Source of the DNA: Candidatus Levyibacteriota bacterium
GTDB taxonomy: Bacteria; Patescibacteriota; Microgenomatia; Levybacterales; UBA12049
DNA length: 64,000 bases
Direction of reading: 5' to 3'
Assembly (NCBI GenBank): GCA_029260965.1
Contig: JAJDCG010000001.1
Coordinates: forward strand, 376,012-440,011
The position numbers and the translations under genes are program-made. Shown piece by piece: positions 56,764-64,000 of this stretch. Below the pieces are notes generated by a model. That model worked only from the letters and a program-made list of their open reading frames with translations. It was not told the DNA's origin and searched no databases. Within the stretch, counting starts at the first letter, position 1. The number at the start of each line of letters is the position of its first letter.

Positions 56764-57869
56764 ACAAAATCCTCCGGATTTTGATCCTCAACTGGCGAGA
56801 TCCTGCTCATCCATTAGCAGGCGGTGCTGAGTATTCTATGTACGAGCATGCTTTGTATTGGAGGAAAAAAGGTGCGCATGTCACATGGGTTGGGTCAGCT
56901 TTTGAAGGCGCAAAAAAAAACGAAACCAAAAAAGGGATTAAGTTTTTACGGATGGGATCGCATTTCACAGTGCATTTGAAGACTTTTTTCAGATACATGA
57001 GGGGTGAGTTCAGGGATGCCGATATCGTTATAGACTGTTTTCATTTCGTACCATACTTCACACCCCTTTATGTTCGGAATAAGAGTATAGTTGCCTGGAT
57101 CAATGAACCTGCGAAGAATGCGTGGTTCAAAAACATCTTTTTCCCCGCAAGCCTTATTGGATTTATATTTGAACCGTTGTTTTTTGTACCTTACCGCAAG
57201 GCTCAATTTGTGACATCAGCCAAATCGATAAAGAAAGAATTAATAAAGCTGGGGGTAAGAAGAATAAAAGTTATACCACATGGGATTGAAATACTGGATA
57301 TGGACCGCATAAAAAAAGAACAATCACTTACTCTTATTTATCTTGCGCAAATTACAGAAGATAAAGGTATTGAAAATGCCCTGCGGGCATTTTCAATCAT
57401 AAGTCATAAATCAGAAATCATAAATCCTGTTCTCTGGGTTGTCGGCAAGGCACCAGACAGTAAATATCTGAAAAAAGTTAAGAAACTGGTCAGGGATTTG
57501 AAATTAGTAAAAAATGTTAAATTTTTTGGGTATGTTGATAAAAGACAGAAATTTACACTTTTGAAAAAAGCCTGGATTCTGGTGCATCCGTCTGTCAGAG
57601 AAGGATGGGGGTTAAATGTAATTGAGGCTGCAGGTGTTGGTACTCCGAGTGTTGGGTATGATGTGGTGGGATTGAGAGATTCGATAAAAAATGGCAAGAC
57701 AGGACTTTTGTCAGAGGAGAATCCTGAAGATATGGCAGAAAAATGCATGAAGCTTGTACGTGATAGGGATTTTTATGATAAACTGTCTGTTAATGCAAAG
57801 GAGCATGCAAATAGTTTTTCCTGGCAAAAAGCAGGTAAAAAAAGCCTCCAAATTATAAAAAGTTTATGA
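56718..57869 (+). CDS. GT4 glycosyltransferase
   Basis: LNWRDPAHPLAGGAE, PSVREGWGLNVIEA. Confidence 0.93.
   Translation: MDKDPASKTQEPGSEDKILRILILNWRDPAHPLAGGAEYSMYEHALYWRKKGAHVTWVGSAFEGAKKNETKKGIKFLRMGSHFTVHLKTFFRYMRGEFRDADIVIDCFHFVPYFTPLYVRNKSIVAWINEPAKNAWFKNIFFPASLIGFIFEPLFFVPYRKAQFVTSAKSIKKELIKLGVRRIKVIPHGIEILDMDRIKKEQSLTLIYLAQITEDKGIENALRAFSIISHKSEIINPVLWVVGKAPDSKYLKKVKKLVRDLKLVKNVKFFGYVDKRQKFTLLKKAWILVHPSVREGWGLNVIEAAGVGTPSVGYDVVGLRDSIKNGKTGLLSEENPEDMAEKCMKLVRDRDFYDKLSVNAKEHANSFSWQKAGKKSLQIIKSL
57395..57429 (+). repeat. 7-nt-period array inside GT4
   Basis: AATCATA AGTCATA AATCAGA AATCATA AATCCTG. Confidence 0.88.
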
Positions 57870-58681
57870 AAAAGTCCCCTCTGGTTTCAGTAATTATTCC
57901 AACTAAAAATTCACGACTCACTATCAAAAAATGTCTTGAGAGTATAAAAAATCAGAGCTATAAAAAGATTGAGCTAATAGTTGTAGACAACAACTCGACT
58001 GATGATACCAAAAAGATTGCCTGGAAATATACAAAAAATGTTTTTAATCGAGGACCTGAGAGATCCGCACAAAGAAACTATGGTGCATCCAAATCTAGAG
58101 GCGCATATTTACTCTTTGTAGACAGCGATATGGTACTTTCCCGAAATGTGGTCAAAGAGTGTGTTGAGGTTGCGCAAAATTCAAATGCAAAAGGCATAGT
58201 AATTCCAGAGAAGTCAATTGGAGTTGGATTCTGGGCGAGGTGCAAAGCGCTTGAGCGAGAGTTTTATGTAGGAGTCGACTGGATGGAAGCTGCCCGCTTT
58301 TATGAGAAAAAAATATTTGATAAAACTAAGGGGTTTAATGAAAAGATGATAAGTGGAGAGGACTGGGATTTGTCGCAAAGAGTTGGTAGAATAGATAAAT
58401 TGGGGAGAATAAAAAGTTTTATATTACATGATGAAGGAAATCTTAGGTTTTTTGAGCTTCTTAAAAAGAAATATTATTACGCAAAGAATATTAATAAATA
58501 CAAGATCAATAAATCAGATATTTCTAATATAGCAAAACAAACTAGTGTCATTAATAGGTATGGTCTATTTTTATCAAAACCTGGTAAGTTATTGAATAAT
58601 CCAATAATCGGATTAGGTATGATTTTAATGAAGACTTCTGAGTTTATTTCTGGAGGAATGGGGATAATTTTAAAAAAATGA
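57866..58681 (+). CDS. GT2 glycosyltransferase
   Basis: VDNNSTD, GPERSAQRN, FVDSD, GEDWD. Confidence 0.9.
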   Translation: MKKSPLVSVIIPTKNSRLTIKKCLESIKNQSYKKIELIVVDNNSTDDTKKIAWKYTKNVFNRGPERSAQRNYGASKSRGAYLLFVDSDMVLSRNVVKECVEVAQNSNAKGIVIPEKSIGVGFWARCKALEREFYVGVDWMEAARFYEKKIFDKTKGFNEKMISGEDWDLSQRVGRIDKLGRIKSFILHDEGNLRFFELLKKKYYYAKNINKYKINKSDISNIAKQTSVINRYGLFLSKPGKLLNNPIIGLGMILMKTSEFISGGMGIILKK

Positions 58682-59373
58682 AAAATATTATCAATGAAAA
58701 ACCTAATGGAAAATTGACAGGCAGATTGAAATTCACTGTTAAGAGTTTTGTAAAGAAAGAAGACATAAAAAATAAAAAAGTTTTGGATATCGGGTGTGGC
58801 TATGGCTGGTTTGAATTAAATGCATTAAAAAATGGTGTAAAAGAGATCGTAGGAATTGAAATAACCAAGTCCGATTTAAAAACTGCGAAAGAAAATATTC
58901 ATGATGAAAGAGCTTTGTTCAAAGTTGCTGGAGCTCTCAAATTACCCTTCAAAGACAATTATTTTGATACTGTTGTTGCTTGGGAAGTAATAGAGCATAT
59001 ACCAAAAGGCACTGAATACAAGATGTTTAAAGAAGTGAGTAGAGTATTGAAGAGGAATGGTACTTTTTATTTATCGACTCCTTTTGACTCTTTCTTTTCG
59101 AATTTTTTTGACCCAGCATATTGGCTAATAGGTCATAGGCATTATTCAAAGAAGATGTTGATTGACTTTTGTAAAAAAAATAATCTCGAAGTAGAAAAAA
59201 TATTTGTTAGAGGGGGATACTGGAATTTAGTTGGGTTATTAAATATGTATTTTTCTAAATGGATCCTCAGAAGAAATCCATTATTTCAAAAATACTTTGA
59301 GGAAAAAGAAAATCAAGAGTTTGGTAGTAAAAATGGATTTATGGATATTTTTGTCCAATATAAAAAAAGATAA
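58678..59373 (+). CDS. Class I SAM-dependent methyltransferase
   Basis: VLDIGCGYG, LPFKDNYFD, EVIEHI, RVLK..G...STP. Confidence 0.92.
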   Translation: MKNIINEKPNGKLTGRLKFTVKSFVKKEDIKNKKVLDIGCGYGWFELNALKNGVKEIVGIEITKSDLKTAKENIHDERALFKVAGALKLPFKDNYFDTVVAWEVIEHIPKGTEYKMFKEVSRVLKRNGTFYLSTPFDSFFSNFFDPAYWLIGHRHYSKKMLIDFCKKNNLEVEKIFVRGGYWNLVGLLNMYFSKWILRRNPLFQKYFEEKENQEFGSKNGFMDIFVQYKKR

Positions 59374-59490
59374 AATTTTATATATTTCATTTTCCTAATC
59401 TCATTTCAGAATTTAAAATGGTTTTCATAAGGAAAGTGTTCTTGTAAAATCAAAGAGTTATTTTAAAATAAAATTTATTATAAATTATTT

Positions 59491-60474
59491 ATGAGCATAG
59501 AAAAAAAAGGTAACGGTAAAATATCTATAATTATTGTTAATTGGAATGGAAAAAAATGGTTAAAAAAATGTATTTCTTCATTGGAAAGCCAAACCTACAA
59601 AAATTTTGAAATAATTTTTGTTGATAATGCATCTACGGATGGCTCTGTTGCGTATGTAGAGAAAAATTTTCCAAAAGTAAAAATAATACAAAATAATGTG
59701 AATCTCGGGTTTGCAGGTGGAAATAACGTTGCCATAAATATGGCACAGGGAAAATATATATTGCTTATAAATAATGATACATGGGTAAACAATAATTTTA
59801 TTGAATTATTGATAAATTTTTACATATCGAACAAGTTCAATGTTGTATCCCCTAAGGAGTCTGATTACTCAGAGAAGAAAAGAGACGACTATGCATCAAA
59901 AATAGACGTATTAGGTCATTCAGTATACATTCGTAAAAAACTTCAAAGCGATACATCATTTTTCTTAACGGGAGTTTGCTTATTTTTTTCAAAAAAATTT
60001 TATCAAGAAACAGGAGGCTTTGATAACAATTTTTTTATGTATGCAGAAGAGGTTGATTGGTTTTGGAGACTTCGACTTTTTGGAAAAACTTTTTCTTATG
60101 CAGACAATATTTATATAAATCATGCAGGCGCTGGTAGTACTGGAACGGGCATCCAATATAATTTGTTTTTGTGGCGTAATCAAAATACGCTTCAGATGCT
60201 TCTCAAGAACTATAAATGGTATAATTTATTGTGGGTATTACCAGTTTACTTTTTTCAAAATATTATAGAAATAATATTTTTTTTACTGCTTCTTAAGCCA
60301 GGGATCGCTTATTCATACATTCGAGGCTGGTGGTTTAATGGTAAAAATTTTAATAAAATTATGAAAAAAAGAAGATGGGTACAGAAAAATAGAGTCGTAA
60401 ACGATAAGAAAATTTTTTTAAGTATGTATTTTGGTTTAGGAAAATTAAAACATCTACTAAATCATAGAATATAA
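59491..60474 (+). CDS. GT2 glycosyltransferase
   Basis: VDNASTD, NLGFAGGNN, INND, FMYAEEVD. Confidence 0.9.
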   Translation: MSIEKKGNGKISIIIVNWNGKKWLKKCISSLESQTYKNFEIIFVDNASTDGSVAYVEKNFPKVKIIQNNVNLGFAGGNNVAINMAQGKYILLINNDTWVNNNFIELLINFYISNKFNVVSPKESDYSEKKRDDYASKIDVLGHSVYIRKKLQSDTSFFLTGVCLFFSKKFYQETGGFDNNFFMYAEEVDWFWRLRLFGKTFSYADNIYINHAGAGSTGTGIQYNLFLWRNQNTLQMLLKNYKWYNLLWVLPVYFFQNIIEIIFFLLLLKPGIAYSYIRGWWFNGKNFNKIMKKRRWVQKNRVVNDKKIFLSMYFGLGKLKHLLNHRI

Positions 60475-60479
60475 TTAAT

Positions 60480-61181
60480 ATGAAAGTTTTAGAAATTGGC
60501 TGTGGACAGGGTTTTTTTTCATCCGTTCTTTCAAGCAGTAAAGATAAAAAAATCACAGGGATCGATTTATCAAGTAAAGATATTGATATTGCAAAAAAAA
60601 GATATCCTCATATCAATTTTTTATGGATGAATGCTGAAAAACTAAAATTTAAAAAAGATATGTTCGATGAAATTTATGCATTGGACGTCTTGGAGCATGT
60701 AGACAATCTGGAACGAGTTCTAAGTGAAGTTTCAAGAGTAATTAAAAAAGGAGGTTTATTTTATGTCAATATACCTGCGGAAAAATCAGAAAAATGGTTA
60801 TTAAAATTGAGACCAAATTACTTTAAGGAAATACATCATGTCAGGATTTTTAAAAATGAACAATTAGATAACTATCTAAAAGGAAAAGAGTTTATATTAA
60901 TCAAAAAAAAGCCGAGGGGTTTTATTCAGCATATTGAATTATATTATCTATTTACATCTAAAAATAAAGCAAATAGTCAATTAAGTGTAGGAAATTGGAG
61001 AAGTAATTGGATGTCCAAGTTCGTACATATTACTTTACTTTTTTTTGATCCTATTGTATTGAAAACCCCCCTAAGGTACTTGCCAATTTGGTTAATTACC
61101 CTTCCCTTAGGAAGTATTGTAAATGGCATAGGAAACAAATTTTTTCCAAAATCTATTTATTATATATTTAAAAAGAAATGA
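60480..61181 (+). CDS. Class I SAM-dependent methyltransferase
   Basis: VLEIGCGQG, DVLEHV, RVIKKGG. Confidence 0.92.
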   Translation: MKVLEIGCGQGFFSSVLSSSKDKKITGIDLSSKDIDIAKKRYPHINFLWMNAEKLKFKKDMFDEIYALDVLEHVDNLERVLSEVSRVIKKGGLFYVNIPAEKSEKWLLKLRPNYFKEIHHVRIFKNEQLDNYLKGKEFILIKKKPRGFIQHIELYYLFTSKNKANSQLSVGNWRSNWMSKFVHITLLFFDPIVLKTPLRYLPIWLITLPLGSIVNGIGNKFFPKSIYYIFKKK

Positions 61182-62392
61182 TTAAAATTCTGTACTCTCC
61201 ATGTCATTATAAATTTAGTAAAAGTGAAGGATCAGAATCATATTGGGCATATAATATTGCTGATAAGATTGCATCTGTTAATTATCGATCAATAGTTGTA
61301 ACTGGTTTTACTGAAGATAAAAATAAAAAATATCGAATTATAGAATTACAAAAAAATAAAACTGAGATTGATCTTTCGCTTATTAATGCATTGAAATTTA
61401 ATTTTTTATATTTTTTTGCTACAATATTTTTTTTGAAAAAGGAAAATTTTGATCTTGTCCATCATGTTTTACCATTTGGAATAGGTAGTACATTTAATCT
61501 TTCTGTAATACTTGGATTGACCAACAATAAGCCATTTATTGTTGGACCGATTCAAGGAGTGCTTCAGTATAGAGACGATGACATAAATAACTCAAACATA
61601 AGAATTGCTAAGCCTAACAAATCTATAAATTTTACATTAATTTTACAAAAAATTTTTTCATTTTTAACACAAAAATTATCATATAAAACTTTAAAAAAAT
61701 CTGATAAAATTGTTGTTATCGACGAGTGCTCAAAAGCTATTTTAATTAAGAATAATGTTCCGAGAGAAAAAATTATAATTATATCTCCAGGTATTGACTG
61801 CAATAAATATAAAAAGAATATAAGGAAAAAAATTAGACATAAAAAGATTATAATGGTTTCAAGTTATTTATTAAAAAGAAAAGCAATAGATTTTGTTATA
61901 AAGTCATACGATGAAGTGAGATATCTAAGAAATAATACAGAGTTAATAGTTGTTGGAGATGGGCCTCAGAAAAAAAATCTAGAAAAATTAGTTAAAAGAT
62001 TAAAATTAAAAAATTCAGTAAATTTCGTTGGACACGTTCCAAATAATGAAATAAGTAAATTCTATAGAAAGGCAGATATATTTGTAAGCATGAGTAGGGC
62101 TGAGAGCTGGGGACAGATGTATCTTGAGGCGATGGCTTCAGGCCTACCTATCGTCTCATCAAGAAATGTAGGATCTGAGAGTATAATAAAAGATGGAGAA
62201 TTTGGATATTTGGTAGATCAGGAGGATTATAAAGAGCTTGCAAAAAAGATAATATATCTAATAGACCATCCAGACGTGATGGAAAGATTTGGGAAAAAAG
62301 CAAGAAAAGAAGTAGAGGAAAAATATGATTGGGATCGTGTAGTTATACCAAAATATGTTAAACTGTATAAACAGCTAATAAATGAAAAGTAA
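61178..62392 (+). CDS. GT4 glycosyltransferase
   Basis: VGDGPQ, ESWGQMYLEAMASGLP. Confidence 0.92.
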   Translation: MIKILYSPCHYKFSKSEGSESYWAYNIADKIASVNYRSIVVTGFTEDKNKKYRIIELQKNKTEIDLSLINALKFNFLYFFATIFFLKKENFDLVHHVLPFGIGSTFNLSVILGLTNNKPFIVGPIQGVLQYRDDDINNSNIRIAKPNKSINFTLILQKIFSFLTQKLSYKTLKKSDKIVVIDECSKAILIKNNVPREKIIIISPGIDCNKYKKNIRKKIRHKKIIMVSSYLLKRKAIDFVIKSYDEVRYLRNNTELIVVGDGPQKKNLEKLVKRLKLKNSVNFVGHVPNNEISKFYRKADIFVSMSRAESWGQMYLEAMASGLPIVSSRNVGSESIIKDGEFGYLVDQEDYKELAKKIIYLIDHPDVMERFGKKARKEVEEKYDWDRVVIPKYVKLYKQLINEK

Positions 62393-63059
62393 ACAAATTA
62401 TTAATCAGCAAAATAGGTATTATGCAACTTATGCAAAAATACTGAGAAATCCAAGATATCGTAAGTCCTGGGATTATATATTTAAAAATATTAAAGGAAG
62501 AAAAAAAATTCTTGATATTGGATGTGCAGATGGGGAGTTTTTGACTCCATTTATTGAAAAAGGATATGATTGTTATGGATTGGAAGCAATCGACGAAGCG
62601 ATAAGAGATTCAAGAAAAAAAGGAATTAAGGTAAAAAAAGGTTCTTTTTTAGAAAAGTTTCCTTTTAGAGATAACACTTTTGACATCGTGTTTGCAGGAG
62701 AGGTGATTGAGCACACTTTTGATGATGATTATTTTCTCCGAGAAGCTAATAGAGTTCTTAAAAAGAATGGATTACTTATCATTACAACTCCAAATCTTGT
62801 TTCATTAGGTAATAGATTCTTGATGCTTTTAGGTCGTTTGCCTCGATTTGCATACGCCCCTTTTCATTACAGAATATATACCCCCGAACTTTTAAAAGAC
62901 AAGCTTACTAGTAATAAGTTTATAATAAAAAAATTTGAGTCGAGCTATATTCTTATATCTACTTATTTTAATAAATACGCTGGCTATTTTGGGGAAGCAA
63001 TGGGATCTGTGATTCCATTTTTTGGTGAACATATGATTTTATTTTCAAAAAAAAGCTGA
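62382..63059 (+). CDS. Class I SAM-dependent methyltransferase
   Basis: ILDIGCADG, GEVIEH, LIITTPN. Confidence 0.92.
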   Translation: MKSKQIINQQNRYYATYAKILRNPRYRKSWDYIFKNIKGRKKILDIGCADGEFLTPFIEKGYDCYGLEAIDEAIRDSRKKGIKVKKGSFLEKFPFRDNTFDIVFAGEVIEHTFDDDYFLREANRVLKKNGLLIITTPNLVSLGNRFLMLLGRLPRFAYAPFHYRIYTPELLKDKLTSNKFIIKKFESSYILISTYFNKYAGYFGEAMGSVIPFFGEHMILFSKKS

Positions 63060-63069
63060 ACGAATATAT

Positions 63070-64000
63070 ATGAACCGTTATTGGAAAATGTTTAAAAAGA
63101 TTTATGACAAACATTTTTTCATAATCAACCTCATAACATCTATATACATCTTTTTTCTTATAATAAGTTTTTTTATCCCAGAGGCTAAATTTTTTTTGGT
63201 TGGGGAATATGTATTTTCTTTTGACTATCCAGGACACATACGAAACATAATAGCTGACTACAATAACGATTACGGAGAGTTGCTTAGTAGCACACAGTGC
63301 ATTGGTTGCCCTGACTTTTATCATTATTCACGTTGGTATTCACTTGTATTGTTTTTAATACTACAGTCAGGTGTGGTAATTGGACTCCATCCATTTATGT
63401 CATATCTTTTTTGGGCGATCTCTATGCAGATGTTGTCATTGTATATAAGTTTTAATTTATTTTTTAATAAATTAAATAAATTTGCATTTATTATTAGTTC
63501 AGCACTATTAATTCTATTTCCATATAAATATGCACTTTTGGGAAGTGGGGGCTTCTATGCATTAATCTATGCAATTATGATTATTTATCATTCGATGATC
63601 GTCTACATAATAAAAGATTTAAGTAAATATAAAAAAAGTTATATTTTGAAATACTCATTTTTTATAGGTGTTGCAGCTTCATTTTTCTTAAATATAGGAA
63701 TAGGCTATTTCCCAATTGTAGTTTATTCAACTCTTATAATTTTTTTGTATTTTTGGAAGCAAATTTTCAAAAATATAAGGAAATTTATTTTGTTGCTGAT
63801 TCCAATAGGGATATTGCCTATTTTATTAAATTTGCCAATGGTGCTTTCGGTTATATTAGCTAGTAAAAATGCGTCAAGGGTTTATCTAGACTTCTCGTCG
63901 TATGATTTTTTAGATGCATTTACTGGAGGATTATTCTTCTATAGCGATTTAAAATTAGGAGGAGCATTGCTAATTCTTTTATTGATTTATTTTGTATCGG
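63070..64000 (+). CDS. Multi-TM membrane protein, truncated by the window end (possible GT-C or Wzy-like)
   Basis: Not in the ORF track because it has no stop. I read an open frame from ATG 63070 (MNRYWKMFKKIYDKH...) to 64000 with many hydrophobic segments. Confidence 0.75.
   Translation, partial: MNRYWKMFKKIYDKHFFIINLITSIYIFFLIISFFIPEAKFFLVGEYVFSFDYPGHIRNIIADYNNDYGELLSSTQCIGCPDFYHYSRWYSLVLFLILQSGVVIGLHPFMSYLFWAISMQMLSLYISFNLFFNKLNKFAFIISSALLILFPYKYALLGSGGFYALIYAIMIIYHSMIVYIIKDLSKYKKSYILKYSFFIGVAASFFLNIGIGYFPIVVYSTLIIFLYFWKQIFKNIRKFILLLIPIGILPILLNLPMVLSVILASKNASRVYLDFSSYDFLDAFTGGLFFYSDLKLGGALLILLLIYFVS

Noticed and set aside
381-63324. Many short overlapping ORFs in the track (e.g. 381-953 +, 1123-1482 +, 4093-4500 -, 24011-24370 -, 56083-56487 -, 62968-63324 -)
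   Set aside because: They lie antisense or out of frame within well-supported genes and show no motifs; 62968-63324 is the shadow of the unlisted + ORF starting at 63070.
1-64000. CRISPR array, integrase, transposase or prophage
   Set aside because: No repeat-spacer array or recognisable cas, recombinase or phage genes; the repeats found are short-period tandem arrays without unique spacers.
1-64000. Alternative genetic code (UGA recoding, as in some CPR lineages)
   Set aside because: Conserved genes are full length under the standard code, and TGA serves as a normal stop (e.g. gltX, cca).

Overview
AT-rich, gene-dense bacterial chromosome segment using the standard genetic code. Gene content and style suggest a Patescibacteria/CPR genome, probably Microgenomates-like (inference). 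1-25.4 kb holds housekeeping and transport genes: riboflavin synthase plus a decayed ribH remnant, NRAMP transporter, cupredoxin, AspRS, D,D-carboxypeptidase, a shortened GluRS, PAP2/DgkA, TruB, cation antiporters, GreA, RecJ, CCA-adding enzyme, Lon with a CIRCE-like operator, tRNA-Gln(CTG) and tRNA-Glu(CTC). From 25.5 kb to the end is one >38 kb, almost entirely co-oriented cell-surface glycosylation locus with about 11 GT-C-fold membrane glycosyltransferases, 9 GT2, 4 GT4, two Wzx flippases, GalE and three SAM methyltransferases. The most unusual signal is a family of imperfect 7-nt-period (once 8-nt) repeat arrays. An inverted pair brackets a four-helix-bundle (IVP/bAvd-like) gene at 54.1-54.6 kb, gene-less inverted pairs occur at 53.0, 56.0 and 56.6 kb, and solitary in-frame patches are scattered through recJ and several glycosyltransferases. 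Also notable are a candidate multi-stem RNA (24651-24809) directly upstream of a frameshifted stand-alone RNA-polymerase alpha-CTD-like gene, and -10 boxes exactly 6 nt before many start codons, suggesting leaderless transcripts. All family calls come from motif recognition by eye; no database searches were run.
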